Under the pieces are notes generated by a model, which saw nothing but the letters and a program-made list of their open reading frames with translations, was not told the DNA's origin and ran no database searches. Shown piece by piece: positions 20,092-33,457 of a DNA stretch of 64,000 nucleotides (positions within the stretch are counted from its first letter, which is position 1; each line of letters starts with the position of its first letter). Source of the stretch: Deltaproteobacteria bacterium TMED58 (GTDB taxonomy: Bacteria; Desulfobacterota_D; UBA1144); NCBI GenBank assembly GCA_002167555.2, contig NHDL02000001.1, forward strand, positions 131,392 to 195,391. Direction: 5' to 3'. The translations under genes and the position numbers were made by a program.

Positions 20092-20934
20092 TTTTTCAAG
20101 TGAAGTTAGAGTATTCCAAAGCAACATTGTTATAGTCATTGGTCCAACACCCCCAGGAACTGGTGTGATAAACCCAGATATCTTTTTCACAGCTTCAAAG
20201 TCCACATCACCTGCAAGTTTTCCTGTATCTAGCCTGTTAATTCCAACATCAATGACAATGGCCCCTTCTTTTACCATTTCTTTTTTTACAAAATGTGCAC
20301 GCCCAATCGCAGCTACAATTATATCTGCTTCTTTTAAAACATCTTCTAAATTTTTTGTTCTAGAATGACAGATTGTAACTGTTGCATTTTTTTGCAATAA
20401 AAGTATTGCTGCTGGTTTGCCGACAATATTACTTCTTCCCAGTACAACAGCATTCTTCCCTTCAATATCTATATCATAAAATTCAAGCATTTTAATTATT
20501 CCATGCGGTGTACAGGGTATAAATTGTGGTTTTCCTTCAAATAGGTAACCGGCATTTATTGGATGAAAACCATCAACATCTTTCTCAGAGGAAACTGAAT
20601 TTAATATTAATGAATCGTCAATATGTTTTGGTAATGGTAATTGAACTAAAATGCCATTAATTTTTTTGTCATTATTTAATTTATTAATTAACTCAAGCAA
20701 CTCATCTTGAGTTGTTGACGCAGGTAGCTTATGTTCTTCAGAGTATATGCCAACATCTTCACAGGATTTTCTTTTATTCCTAACGTAAATTTGTGAGGCT
20801 GGGTCTTCACCAACTAGAACTGCGGCTAGACCTGGAACTCTTGAATGTTTATCTTTTATAGCCTTCGTTTTTTCTTTAATCTTTTCTCTAATACTAGCTG
20901 ATACTAATTTACCATCTATAATTTTTGCATCCAT
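20080..20934 (-). CDS. folD: bifunctional methylenetetrahydrofolate dehydrogenase / methenyl-THF cyclohydrolase
   Basis: 284 aa. PGLAAVLVGEDPASQIYV, GILVQLPLP and TPVPGGVGPMTITML motifs. Confidence 0.95.
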   Translation of the reverse strand: MDAKIIDGKLVSASIREKIKEKTKAIKDKHSRVPGLAAVLVGEDPASQIYVRNKRKSCEDVGIYSEEHKLPASTTQDELLELINKLNNDKKINGILVQLPLPKHIDDSLILNSVSSEKDVDGFHPINAGYLFEGKPQFIPCTPHGIIKMLEFYDIDIEGKNAVVLGRSNIVGKPAAILLLQKNATVTICHSRTKNLEDVLKEADIIVAAIGRAHFVKKEMVKEGAIVIDVGINRLDTGKLAGDVDFEAVKKISGFITPVPGGVGPMTITMLLWNTLTSLEKSIS

Positions 20935-20944
20935 TTTGACTCTC

Positions 20945-21739
20945 CTATGTAAAATGATTTAATGGTCCATGTCCTTTTCCGATATTAAAAGAATTTTTTA
21001 TGGCCATATTTATGAATTGTTTCGCATTTTTCGTTGCATCTAATAAATTCATTCCTAAAGCTATATTACCAGAAATAGCAGCAGAAAGTGTACATCCAGT
21101 TCCATGAGTATTAGAGGTAGCGTATCTTTTCCCTGAAATAGTATAGATTTTATTATTAAAGCTCAAATAGTCGATAGACTTGCTTTTGTCTTCTGAATGA
21201 CCACCTTTTATTAAAACATTACTAGCTCCTAGTTTAGTAAATTCATTAAAACACTCTTCAATATCCTTTTTGGTTTTAATTTTTTTCATTTTTGTTATTA
21301 TCGAGGCTTCATGAAGATTTGGAGTAACAAGAAAAGAACCAGGCAAGATGTTTTTTACAAAAAAATTTATAGAACCGGACTTTAATAGATAATCACCCGA
21401 TTTAGAAATCATTACAGGGTCAAGAATAATTGGAATATGTTTAAATTTTTTTAATGATTTAGAGACAGTTTGCATTATTACTTTGTCATATAGCATACCT
21501 ATTTTAATCGAAGAAACTTTAAAATCCTTCAAAACGGCCTTTATTTGATCAGATACAATATTGGGCTGTTGTCTTTTGATTGATATAACTTCTTGTGTAT
21601 TTTGAGCAGTTATACATGTAATAGCCGTAGTTGCAAAAACTCTTAAAGTATTTAAGGTTTTAATATCTGCCTGAATACCTGCACCTCCCCCAGAATCAGA
21701 GCCTGCAATGCATAAAACAACTGGTATATTCTTTTTCAT
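20945..21739 (-). CDS. thiD: hydroxymethylpyrimidine / phosphomethylpyrimidine kinase
   Basis: 264 aa. IAGSDSGGGAGIQADIKT and THGTGCTLSAAI motifs. Confidence 0.9.
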   Translation of the reverse strand: MKKNIPVVLCIAGSDSGGGAGIQADIKTLNTLRVFATTAITCITAQNTQEVISIKRQQPNIVSDQIKAVLKDFKVSSIKIGMLYDKVIMQTVSKSLKKFKHIPIILDPVMISKSGDYLLKSGSINFFVKNILPGSFLVTPNLHEASIITKMKKIKTKKDIEECFNEFTKLGASNVLIKGGHSEDKSKSIDYLSFNNKIYTISGKRYATSNTHGTGCTLSAAISGNIALGMNLLDATKNAKQFINMAIKNSFNIGKGHGPLNHFT

Positions 21740-21841
21740 TTGATATTTATTATTTTAAAGGATTTTTTCTTATATAAAAAATCTTAATTTTTTTCTGTAA
21801 TTTAGTGTAAAATTATATTATTATCCCCTGTTGGCTTTATT

Positions 21842-24800
21842 ATGAAAAAAAATAGACTTTTATATGAAAAGCAATTTGAACATGATGCATGCGGAGTTGG
21901 TTTCGTTGCCGATATAAATGGCAAAAGAGCTAATAAAATCCTTCAAAAAGCCTTGGAAGGAGTAGTTAATCTTACTCATAGAGGTGCCGTGGGCGGCGAT
22001 AAAAAAACTGGAGACGGAGCAGGAATTTTAACTCAGCTCCCCTTAGAGCTTTTTAACGATTTTTTGACAAATAGTAAAGTTGATAATATTACTTTAGGAA
22101 ATTTTGCTGTTGGCATGTTCTTTCTGCCTAATATTGATACTCCAGAATTCGATAAATGTGTTGAAACTATAAAAAGTTCTATAAGTAAAGATTTTAATTT
22201 GATTGCTGTTCGTGAAGTACCTATCAATTCTTCAACTATAGGAACAAAAGCACGTGAAAGCCTACCTGAAATATATCAATTTTTTGTATCTTGTAATAAT
22301 TTTACTAATCAGGATGATTTTGAAAGAGATTTATATAAATTAAGAAAAACTATTGGAGCAAAGATTGGTAATTTAAAAAATTACTATTGTTGTTCATTTT
22401 CTTCTAGAACGATTCTTTATAAAGGAATGCTACAAGCGCATCAACTAGATCAGTTCTACTTAGATTTAAGAAACCCGAATTTTAAAACTTCCATAGCTAT
22501 TTTTCATCAAAGATATAGCACTAACACCTTTCCAGATTGGAAAAGAGCTCATCCATTCAGGACTTTAGGACATAATGGTGAAATTAATACTATCCAGGGA
22601 AATAGAAATTGGATGAAAGCCAGAGAAAATTGTGCTAGTTCTGACATTTGGGGAGAAAACATTGAGCTACTAAAACCCTTCATAGATGATGATGGAAGTG
22701 ATTCATCTGAGTTAGATAATGCACTTGAATTGATGACTTTATCTGGAAGAAATATATTAGAATCCATTTGTATGCTAGTACCAGAAGCCTATGAAAAAAT
22801 CTCTGATTTATCCGATAGTGCTAAAGCTTTTTATGACTATAGCTCATGCATTGTTGAGCCATGGGATGGTCCTTCAGCTATTGTATTTACCGACGGGAGG
22901 TATATAGGTGCAATCTTGGATAGAAATGGTTTAAGACCAATCAGATATCATATAACCAGAGATGATATGATTATCTTAGGCTCTGAAGCTGGAATGTTAA
23001 ATCTTAATCCCTCCGATATAATTAGATCCGGTAGAGTTGGGCCTGGCAAAATTTTAGCAGTTGATACAAAAGACAAAGTTCTTCTCTTTGATAAAGAGGT
23101 CAAGGAAAATATCTCTGGTAATAAAGATTTTATTAAATGGTCTAGTGAAAAGTTCCTTAATGCTAATGAAATAATTAAATCAAACGAAGATGTTATTGAG
23201 GAACATTCTTTCCTTGATGAAGATAATTTGCTACACCTTCAAAAGGCTTTTGGATATTCGTTGGAAGATTTAGAAAGACTGATTGAGCCAATGAGCCTAA
23301 CAGGTAAGGAGCCAATTGGTTCAATGGGAGATGATACTCCAATAGCAGCCTTATCATCGAAGCCAAAATCAGTTTTTTCTTATTTTAAGCAAAGATTTGC
23401 CCAAGTTACTAACCCTCCTATTGATCCATACAGAGAAGACAGTGTAATGTCCCTTAGGGTTGTAATTGGTGATAAATCTAATTTTTTTAATTTAATTAAT
23501 GACAAAAATGATTATTTATTTTTTGATTCACCTGTTTTAACTAATAAAGAATTTTCATGGATTAAGAGTTTAAAATCATCTTCATTTAAAGTTTCCAGAT
23601 TAGATACTCTTTTTAATATTAGTAAAAACAATTCCTTGGAAGAGTCTTTGTTAGATTTAAAAAAATTAGCAATTAAAGAAGTTGAAGCTGGAGCTACAAT
23701 TTTAATCCTTTCAGACAGAGGCATTTCTAAGGAATTATGTCCTATTCCAATAATGCTCGCAGTAAGCACTATTCACAACCAATTAATTGCCTCAGGCAAA
23801 AGGATGAATGTCTCAATTATTGTAGAGAGTGGAGAAGTTAAAGAAGACCATCATATATGTTGCTTATTAGGCTATGGAGCATCAGCCATAAACCCCTATT
23901 TAGCTTTTGCAAGTGCCAAAAATTGGATGTCAAAATTTGATGGAAATTTAGACGATTATGAATCTAATTATAAATTAGCATTAGAAAGAGGAATCTTAAA
24001 AGTGATGTCAAAGATGGGGATAAGTACTGTTGCAAGTTATACAGGCTCACAAATATTTGAGATAATCGGTATTGATGAAGGAACATCAGCTAAATTTTTC
24101 CCAGGAACTGTAAGTAGACTAGGTGGTGTCTCATTAGAAAATTTTGCAACAGACACTCTCGCGCTTCATTCAAGAGCCTATGAACAAGGTGATGATAAAT
24201 TAAAAGAAGAGGGTATTTACAGATTTAGAAAAGATGGAGAATTTCATTCTTTAAATCCCCCTGTATTTAAAGCTATAAGAAGAGCTTCTAAGACTGGTTC
24301 ATATGATGATTATAAAAGATTTATAAAAATGTCAGAGGATAGACCACCCTTTTTAATTAGAGATTTATTAAAGTTTAATTTAAAAAAACAAATTGATATT
24401 GAAGAGGTCGAATCAGTTGACCAAATTATGAAAAGGTTCAGGACAGGAGCAATGTCTCATGGCGCTCTTAGTACAGAGGCACATGAAGCTGTAGCAATTG
24501 CTATGAATGAAATTGGTGGAAAGAGTAATAGCGGTGAAGGCGGCGAAAACTCAGAAAGATTTACGAAAGATGACAACGGTCAATTCAGGAATAGCGCTAT
24601 TAAGCAAGTAGCCTCTGGAAGATTTGGGGTAACTCCGGAATATTTAGCTTCTGCCCAACAAATAGAAATAAAAATGGCACAAGGTGCCAAGCCAGGTGAG
24701 GGAGGACAAATACCTGGAGAGAAAGTCACTGAAGAAATTGCCTCGCAAAGACTTTCGGTTCCAGGAGTTGGTTTAATATCCCCCCCGCCGCATCATGATA

Positions 24801-26338
24801 TTTATAGCATTGAAGACTTAGCCCAATTAATATATGACTTAAAGCATTCGAACCCACAAGCAAGGGTAGGAGTAAAATTAGTTTCAGAAGTTGGAGTAGG
24901 TACTGTTGCTGCTGGTGTAGTAAAGGGGTATTCAGACTATGTTCAGATTTCTGGGTCAGAAGGTGGAACTGGAGCTTCACCGCTGGGTTCAATTAAACAT
25001 GCTGGAATACCTTGGGAGATGGGCTTGGCCGAAACCCAACAAGTTCTAGTAATGAATGATTTAAGAGGTAGGGTTTGTCTAAGCGTAGATGGGGGCTTTC
25101 AAAAAGGTTCTGATGTAGTGAAGGCGGCAATTTTAGGAGCAGAAGAATTTGGATTTGGAACTTCTGTTTTAGTAGCTCTAGGTTGTGTTATGGCAAGACA
25201 GTGTCACGTAAATACTTGCCCTGTTGGTATAGCTTCACAAAAGCCAGAACTAAGAAAGAAGTTCCCTGGAGTTCCTCAGGATGCGATTAATTATCTTTAC
25301 TCCATAGCTTCTGAGGTCAGAGAAATCTTAGCAAGTATTGGGGTAAAAACACTTGACGAAATTATAGGAAGACCAGAATATCTAAGGCAAGATACAGATG
25401 TTGATTTCCAAAAAACAAAAAATATTGATTTATCAAGATTAATTGCTGATCCTGATCCAACAAACGTAAAGCCCAGAAAAAAAATAATTGATAGGAATAA
25501 TAGGAATGAAGAGCCTATTGACTATGAGTTAATAAATATTTTTACATCTAGCATACACGAGTTCAAAAAGAATTCATTTGATATGATGATTAGGACTAAA
25601 GATAGATCTGTTGGGGCTATTTTGTCTTCTGCTATAGCGAAAAAGTTTGGTAACAAAGGACTTCCAAATGACACAATCTCAATCAACTTCAGAGGAAGCG
25701 CTGGACAATCTCTAGGCGCTTACCTTATAAATGGGGTAAAAATAAGTCTCGAAGGTGAAGCAAATGACTATGTTGGTAAATCGATGCACGGGGGTACAAT
25801 TATCATTCATCCTGATAGAGAATCAAATTTTTCAACCGATGGAAACTCTATAATTGGAAATACAGTTCTCTATGGCGCTACTGCTGGAAGCTTATTTGCC
25901 GCTGGAACCGCGGGTGAAAGGTTTTGCGTAAGAAATAGTGGAGCTGTTGCAGTAATCGAAGGTGTAGGTGATCATGCCTGTGAGTATATGACAGGTGGTG
26001 AAGTATATATTTTTGGACCAATAGGGAAGAATCTGGGTGCTGGAATGTCTGGTGGAATAGCATATATTTTAAATGAAAATGAAAATATTTCTGAACAGGT
26101 TAACCATGATATGGTTTCAATTGAACAAGTTAATGATAAGGACTTAAATAAAATTAAGGAAATACTTAATAGACATGTAGAAACAACAAATAGCGCTAGA
26201 GGGATGCTGCTTTTAAAAGATTTTGATAAAATAAGTAGCCAATTTGTTAAGATTATTCCTAAAGAGATTTCAAAATTACTTGCTTCGAAAGGAATCAGTA
26301 TAGATGATTTTGATTTTATTAATCCAGATTTAAATTAG
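21842..26338 (+). CDS. gltB: glutamate synthase large subunit (no adjacent small subunit)
   Basis: 1498 aa. Ntn-amidotransferase Cys in HDACGVGF. FMN/3Fe-4S central domains. C-terminal GXGXG beta-helix domain. Confidence 0.95.
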   Translation: MKKNRLLYEKQFEHDACGVGFVADINGKRANKILQKALEGVVNLTHRGAVGGDKKTGDGAGILTQLPLELFNDFLTNSKVDNITLGNFAVGMFFLPNIDTPEFDKCVETIKSSISKDFNLIAVREVPINSSTIGTKARESLPEIYQFFVSCNNFTNQDDFERDLYKLRKTIGAKIGNLKNYYCCSFSSRTILYKGMLQAHQLDQFYLDLRNPNFKTSIAIFHQRYSTNTFPDWKRAHPFRTLGHNGEINTIQGNRNWMKARENCASSDIWGENIELLKPFIDDDGSDSSELDNALELMTLSGRNILESICMLVPEAYEKISDLSDSAKAFYDYSSCIVEPWDGPSAIVFTDGRYIGAILDRNGLRPIRYHITRDDMIILGSEAGMLNLNPSDIIRSGRVGPGKILAVDTKDKVLLFDKEVKENISGNKDFIKWSSEKFLNANEIIKSNEDVIEEHSFLDEDNLLHLQKAFGYSLEDLERLIEPMSLTGKEPIGSMGDDTPIAALSSKPKSVFSYFKQRFAQVTNPPIDPYREDSVMSLRVVIGDKSNFFNLINDKNDYLFFDSPVLTNKEFSWIKSLKSSSFKVSRLDTLFNISKNNSLEESLLDLKKLAIKEVEAGATILILSDRGISKELCPIPIMLAVSTIHNQLIASGKRMNVSIIVESGEVKEDHHICCLLGYGASAINPYLAFASAKNWMSKFDGNLDDYESNYKLALERGILKVMSKMGISTVASYTGSQIFEIIGIDEGTSAKFFPGTVSRLGGVSLENFATDTLALHSRAYEQGDDKLKEEGIYRFRKDGEFHSLNPPVFKAIRRASKTGSYDDYKRFIKMSEDRPPFLIRDLLKFNLKKQIDIEEVESVDQIMKRFRTGAMSHGALSTEAHEAVAIAMNEIGGKSNSGEGGENSERFTKDDNGQFRNSAIKQVASGRFGVTPEYLASAQQIEIKMAQGAKPGEGGQIPGEKVTEEIASQRLSVPGVGLISPPPHHDIYSIEDLAQLIYDLKHSNPQARVGVKLVSEVGVGTVAAGVVKGYSDYVQISGSEGGTGASPLGSIKHAGIPWEMGLAETQQVLVMNDLRGRVCLSVDGGFQKGSDVVKAAILGAEEFGFGTSVLVALGCVMARQCHVNTCPVGIASQKPELRKKFPGVPQDAINYLYSIASEVREILASIGVKTLDEIIGRPEYLRQDTDVDFQKTKNIDLSRLIADPDPTNVKPRKKIIDRNNRNEEPIDYELINIFTSSIHEFKKNSFDMMIRTKDRSVGAILSSAIAKKFGNKGLPNDTISINFRGSAGQSLGAYLINGVKISLEGEANDYVGKSMHGGTIIIHPDRESNFSTDGNSIIGNTVLYGATAGSLFAAGTAGERFCVRNSGAVAVIEGVGDHACEYMTGGEVYIFGPIGKNLGAGMSGGIAYILNENENISEQVNHDMVSIEQVNDKDLNKIKEILNRHVETTNSARGMLLLKDFDKISSQFVKIIPKEISKLLASKGISIDDFDFINPDLN

Positions 26339-27326
26339 AAGTTATTTTAGTACTACTAAAAACTGGAAAAGAATTATCGTAATCAGTCTTTTTAATTTTA
26401 ATTTTTTGTAAACCGCGCATGGCAATCATCGCGCCATTATCAGTGCAGAATTGATTAGATGGGAAAATTGCTTTATTTTTGAAAATTTCCTTTGCCCTAT
26501 CTCTTAATCTTGAATTACAAGCAACTCCACCAGCAAATAAAATATTTTTTGATTTAAATTTATCGGCAGCCTTAACTGTTTTTGATAATAATGAGTCAAC
26601 AATTGCTTCTTGATAACAGCATGAAATATCATTTATGTTATCTTTCCAATTCTTGTTTTTTTCAACATAATATCTAAGAGATGTTTTAAGCCCACTAAAA
26701 CTAAAGTCAAAATCAGATTCTAGATTTGGTATCGGAAAGGAGTGAAATTTATTTGATCCCCTCTTTGATAACCTATCTATTTCTATCCCTCCAGGGTAGC
26801 CAAGCTCAAGAATTTTTGCTCCTTTGTCGAAAGCTTCACCTGCAGCATCATCCCTTGTCGATGAAATAAGATTAAAATTATTTTCATTTTCGAGTAGGTA
26901 TAGGTTTGTATGACCGCCTGAAGCAACTAAACAAATCGATGGAAAACTAATACTGTTTTCAATAAAGCAGGACGCAATGTGACCCTCCAAATGATTTATA
27001 GGTAGTACTGGAATGTTCTGGAGTAAGCCAATAGATTTACTAGTTGCTACACCAATCATTAAACAGTTAATTAACCCAGGCCCATTTGTTACACATAAAT
27101 AGTCGATATCTTCAATATTCTTTTTTGCTTCTGATAAGGATGAATCGATTACAGGTAGAATTTTTTTAAGATGATTTTTTGAGGCAATTTCTGGAACTAC
27201 ACCACCATATTTTTTATGAATATCAATTTGACTAAAGGTTGAATTTGAAAGAACCTCTGAATTAGAATTCATAACTGATACACTAGTTTCATCGCATGAT
27301 GTTTCAATTCCCATTACGTGGTACAT
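26319..27326 (-). CDS. tsaD: tRNA N6-adenosine threonylcarbamoyltransferase
   Basis: 335 aa. GIETSCDETSV N-terminus. HLEGH metal motif. Kae1/TsaD layout. Confidence 0.95.
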   Translation of the reverse strand: MYHVMGIETSCDETSVSVMNSNSEVLSNSTFSQIDIHKKYGGVVPEIASKNHLKKILPVIDSSLSEAKKNIEDIDYLCVTNGPGLINCLMIGVATSKSIGLLQNIPVLPINHLEGHIASCFIENSISFPSICLVASGGHTNLYLLENENNFNLISSTRDDAAGEAFDKGAKILELGYPGGIEIDRLSKRGSNKFHSFPIPNLESDFDFSFSGLKTSLRYYVEKNKNWKDNINDISCCYQEAIVDSLLSKTVKAADKFKSKNILFAGGVACNSRLRDRAKEIFKNKAIFPSNQFCTDNGAMIAMRGLQKIKIKKTDYDNSFPVFSSTKITSNLNLD

Positions 27327-27400
27327 AAAATAAATTATCCATAATATATTTGTTTTACAAAATAAACTAATTAGTAAATTTATGTTAAAATGAGTAGTAA

Positions 27401-29287
<1,887 letters not shown>

Positions 29288-29306
29288 TTAGATAAGTTTT
29301 CATATT

Positions 29307-32300
29307 ATGCCAAAGAGAATCGATATCCAATCTATATTAGTAATTGGTTCCGGCCCTATAGTAATTGGCCAGGCTTGTGAGTTTGATTATTCGGGTACAC
29401 AGGCTTGTAAGGCACTTAAGGAAGAAGGCTATAGAGTGATTTTGGTCAATAGTAATCCAGCGACTATAATGACGGATCCTGATTTTTCTGATAGGACCTA
29501 TATTGAGCCGTTAAATGTTGAAACTTTAGAAAAAATAATATTTAAAGAGAAGCCTGATTGCGTACTCCCTACAATAGGAGGACAAACTGCTTTAAATTTA
29601 GCAATGGAATTAGATGCTAAAGGGATTTTGACAAAATATAATGTGGAGCTGATAGGAGCAAGTATCCAATCAATTGAAAAAGCTGAAAAAAGAGAAAGTT
29701 TTAAAAAAGCTATGGAATCGATTGGTTTACGTACCCCTAATAGTACTATAATATCCAACTATGAGTCAGGACTTAAGCAAATTAATGATATAGGATTCCC
29801 AGCAATAATAAGGCCATCATTTACTTTAGGTGGGACTGGGGGGAGTATCGCTTACAGTATTGAAGAATTTCGTACCTTATTAAAGGATGGCTTAGAAGCT
29901 AGCCCAATTTCAGAAGTACAGGTAGATGAGTCAATAATTGGATGGAAGGAGTTTGAATTAGAAGTTGTTAGGGATAGTAAAGATAATGTAGTTATTATTT
30001 GTTCGATAGAAAATTTTGACCCTATGGGTGTCCATACAGGTGACAGCATAACCGTAGCACCTGCTCAAACTTTGACTGACAAGCAGTATCAAATTTTAAG
30101 AAATTATTCCATTGATATAATAAGAGAAATTGGAGTTGATACTGGTGGATCAAATATTCAATTTGGTATTAATCCTAAAAATGGTGATGTGGTAGTTATC
30201 GAAATGAATCCAAGAGTTTCAAGAAGCTCAGCACTTGCATCAAAAGCAACTGGTTATCCAATTGCAAAGATTGCTGCAAAGCTTGCAGTTGGGTACACAT
30301 TAGATGAATTGCCAAACGATATTACAAGAGATACTCCAGCATCATTTGAGCCTACTCTAGATTACGTTGTTGTTAAAATTCCTAGGTTTACCTTTGAAAA
30401 ATTCCCACAAACGAAACCCCAACTAGGAACACAAATGAAGTCCGTAGGTGAGGTTATGTCTATTGGAAGTACTTTTAAAGAGTCCTTAGGTAAAGCAATG
30501 AGATCTTTAGAAGTTGATAGCATTGGGTTCGATAAAATGGAAAAAAATAAAGATAAAATAATTGAAGTTTTGTCATCAAATAATCCAGAAAAACTTTGGT
30601 ATTTGGGAGACGCTTTAAGAGTTGGCCTATCAGTTGATGAGATTTTTGATTTAACAAAGATAGATAAATGGTTTTTAAATAATATTAAAGAAATAATAGA
30701 TTTAGAAAAATTAATAGCATCATGCTCGATAAATAACATAGAGCCCGAACTAATTTTGAATGCTAAGAAATTTGGATTCTCAGATTTAATGCTGTCAACT
30801 TTATTAGATACAGAGGAAAAAATGATTAGAAATTTTCGCGAAGAAAATTCTATATCACCCTGCTTTAAGATGGTTGATACTTGTGCAGCTGAGTTTGAAG
30901 CTTATACTCCCTATTTATATTCTACTTTTCAATCAGAAGATGAATCGGCTCCAACTAGTAAAAGAAAAGTTGCAATACTTGGGAGTGGACCAAATAGGAT
31001 TGGTCAAGGAATTGAATTTGATTACTGTTGTGTGCATGCATCTTTTTCTCTTAAAGAGGAAGGATTCGAGACAATTATGATTAATTGTAATCCTGAAACT
31101 GTGAGCACAGATTATGATACTTCAGATAAACTTTATTTTGAGCCTTTAACTGTTGAAGATACTTTATCAATATTAAAAAAAGAGAAACCAGAGGGCGTTA
31201 TTGTTCATTTAGGAGGACAGACTCCGTTGAAGCTCGCTTTAGACTTGGAGAAAGAGGGAATCCAGATAATGGGTACTTCTGCTGATAGCATTGACATAGC
31301 AGAAGATCGAGAACGCTTTAAAAATTTAATGAATGAGCTTAAGATACTACAACCTGAATCTAGAATTGCCAAATCAAAGGATGAAGCACTTCAATTATCA
31401 AAAGAGATTAGTTATCCCATGGTCGTAAGACCTTCATACGTTTTAGGTGGAAGGTCCATGGAAGTAGTATATTCAAACTCTGATTTAGAATCATACTTAA
31501 AAGAGGAAGTTGATATATCTAGTAATAGACCATTATTAATGGATCAGTTTCTCAAGGATGCAAAGGAAATAGATGTAGACGCTCTATGTGATCAAGAGGA
31601 TGTTGTAATATGTGGAATTCTTGAGCATATAGAAGAAGCAGGAGTGCATTCTGGAGATAGTACAATGGTATTACCTCCATATTCTTTATCTGAAAAATTG
31701 TTAATTGAAATTAAAGAGAAAACAAAACAAATCGCGATAAGATTGAAGGTTAAAGGGCTTATAAATATTCAGTTTGCCATCAAAGACGAAGACTTGTATA
31801 TGATAGAAGTTAATCCAAGGGCAAGCAGAACAATACCATTTATAAGTAAGGCGATTGGTGTCCCCATTGCTAAGATTGCCGCTAAAGTAATGTCAGGAAG
31901 AAAATTAGCAGAATTGAATTTCTTGGAAGAGATTAATATTGATCACTATTCGGTAAAAGAATCAGTTTTCCCATTTATAAAGTTCCCTGACGTAGATACA
32001 ATTCTTGGACCTGAAATGAAATCAACAGGAGAAGCGATGGGAATTGATTCAGATTTATCAGCTGCTTTTGCAAAAGCACAGATTTCGTCTGGCAATAGTT
32101 TACCTAATTCAGGTAAGGCATTTGTTAGTGTGAAAGATGAGGACAAAGCAAAAATATTACCCTTATGTAAAGACTTAGTTGCTTTGGACTTCGAAATTGT
32201 TTCAACTATAGGGACGCATGAATTTCTAAAATCGAATCATATTGAATCTGAAGTTGTCAAAAAAGTAAAAGAGGGTAGTGGGAATATAGTTGATTTGATA

Positions 32301-32516
32301 AAAAAATCTGAGATAGATATCTTGATTAATACAACCTCAACAAAAAAAGAAATTTTGGAATCTTTTAGTATAAGAAGGACAGCTTTAATTAAACAAGTTC
32401 CATATTTTACAACCATTGCGGGAGCTGTTGCGGCTATTAATGCCATAGATTACTTAAAAAAAGGTATAATTAGTGTTAAACCTCTTCAAGAGTTTACTAA
32501 AATAAGTAAGGTATAA
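29307..32516 (+). CDS. carB: carbamoyl-phosphate synthase large subunit
   Basis: 1069 aa. Duplicated ATP-grasp halves ([20 protein letters not shown] / [20 protein letters not shown]). MGS-like C-terminus. Confidence 0.97.
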   Translation: MPKRIDIQSILVIGSGPIVIGQACEFDYSGTQACKALKEEGYRVILVNSNPATIMTDPDFSDRTYIEPLNVETLEKIIFKEKPDCVLPTIGGQTALNLAMELDAKGILTKYNVELIGASIQSIEKAEKRESFKKAMESIGLRTPNSTIISNYESGLKQINDIGFPAIIRPSFTLGGTGGSIAYSIEEFRTLLKDGLEASPISEVQVDESIIGWKEFELEVVRDSKDNVVIICSIENFDPMGVHTGDSITVAPAQTLTDKQYQILRNYSIDIIREIGVDTGGSNIQFGINPKNGDVVVIEMNPRVSRSSALASKATGYPIAKIAAKLAVGYTLDELPNDITRDTPASFEPTLDYVVVKIPRFTFEKFPQTKPQLGTQMKSVGEVMSIGSTFKESLGKAMRSLEVDSIGFDKMEKNKDKIIEVLSSNNPEKLWYLGDALRVGLSVDEIFDLTKIDKWFLNNIKEIIDLEKLIASCSINNIEPELILNAKKFGFSDLMLSTLLDTEEKMIRNFREENSISPCFKMVDTCAAEFEAYTPYLYSTFQSEDESAPTSKRKVAILGSGPNRIGQGIEFDYCCVHASFSLKEEGFETIMINCNPETVSTDYDTSDKLYFEPLTVEDTLSILKKEKPEGVIVHLGGQTPLKLALDLEKEGIQIMGTSADSIDIAEDRERFKNLMNELKILQPESRIAKSKDEALQLSKEISYPMVVRPSYVLGGRSMEVVYSNSDLESYLKEEVDISSNRPLLMDQFLKDAKEIDVDALCDQEDVVICGILEHIEEAGVHSGDSTMVLPPYSLSEKLLIEIKEKTKQIAIRLKVKGLINIQFAIKDEDLYMIEVNPRASRTIPFISKAIGVPIAKIAAKVMSGRKLAELNFLEEINIDHYSVKESVFPFIKFPDVDTILGPEMKSTGEAMGIDSDLSAAFAKAQISSGNSLPNSGKAFVSVKDEDKAKILPLCKDLVALDFEIVSTIGTHEFLKSNHIESEVVKKVKEGSGNIVDLIKKSEIDILINTTSTKKEILESFSIRRTALIKQVPYFTTIAGAVAAINAIDYLKKGIISVKPLQEFTKISKV

Positions 32517-32522
32517 AATTTT

Positions 32523-32993
32523 ATGGATAAAATGCCTATAACACCTAATGGTTTTCAATTTTTACAGGATGAATTGAAGCGTTTAAAAAACGAAGAGAGA
32601 CCAAAAATAATTAAAATGATAGAATTTGCTAGGTCACTTGGTGATTTATCAGAAAATGCGGAATATGAAACTGCAAAAGACAGGCAAGCATTTAATGATA
32701 AAAGGATTAACGAATTAGAAAGTAAATTATCTTCTTGTGTCGTGATTGATCCATCAAAGATAAAAGATAAAACTAAGCTACTATTTGGTTTGTCCTTCGA
32801 AATCGAAGACTTAGATACCGGTGAAAAAAAGACATACCAACTTTTAGGCCCCGAAGAATCGAATCCTGAAAAAGGTTCGATTTCAATAGAGTCCCCAATT
32901 GCTAGAGCTGTATTAGGGAGAGAAGAAGGGGATGAATTCGTGGTAAAAACGCCCTCGGGCCCTAAGGAATATGTGTTGAACAAGATTTTCTGA
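32523..32993 (+). CDS. greA: transcription elongation factor GreA
   Basis: 156 aa. GDLSENAEYETAKDRQ coiled-coil tip motif. ISIESPIARAVLG C-terminal domain. Confidence 0.95.
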   Translation: MDKMPITPNGFQFLQDELKRLKNEERPKIIKMIEFARSLGDLSENAEYETAKDRQAFNDKRINELESKLSSCVVIDPSKIKDKTKLLFGLSFEIEDLDTGEKKTYQLLGPEESNPEKGSISIESPIARAVLGREEGDEFVVKTPSGPKEYVLNKIF

Positions 32994-33457
32994 TGAAAGA
33001 TTTTTTTTTAATCTTACTTCTTTTTTTTTTAGATCAAATTAGTAAAACTTATATTGTAAATTCAATGATATTAAATAGTTCGCTTGAAATAAATTCATAT
33101 TTCAATATTGTTTTTATATATAATAGGGGATTCCTGTTCGGGTACTTATCGAATCTACCAGAGTCACTCCTTTTTTATATTCATTTTATTTTATTTTTAG
33201 CCTCAATTTACATTATCTATAAATTTTTATATGTTAAACAAAGTACTAGAATAATATCTCTTTTTTTATTTGCTGGCGCTTTAGGCAATTCGTTTGATAG
33301 ATTATTTAGGAATGGAGTTGTAGATTTTCTAGATTTTCATTATTTAGATATTCACTGGCCTGCCTTTAACCTAGCCGACTCATTCATTTTAATTAGTGTT
33401 ATTATATATTTGATTAAACACATAAGGAGTGAAAAAATTGTTCACAGGAATTGTTGA
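32993..33457 (+). CDS. lspA: lipoprotein signal peptidase II
   Basis: 154 aa, multi-TM. GNSFDRL and VVDFLDF...PAFNLADS motifs. Start overlaps the greA stop (TGATG). Confidence 0.85.
   Translation: MKDFFLILLLFFLDQISKTYIVNSMILNSSLEINSYFNIVFIYNRGFLFGYLSNLPESLLFYIHFILFLASIYIIYKFLYVKQSTRIISLFLFAGALGNSFDRLFRNGVVDFLDFHYLDIHWPAFNLADSFILISVIIYLIKHIRSEKIVHRNC

Noticed and set aside
24726-26063. Gln/Leu-rich antisense ORFs in gltB (24726..24992, 25878..26063), plus similar antisense or out-of-frame ORFs in smc, secA, carB, actB, the mutase, the ACAD, cys genes and others
   Set aside because: All lie wholly inside long, motif-rich conserved genes on the opposite strand or in another frame. Their composition simply mirrors the host gene codons.
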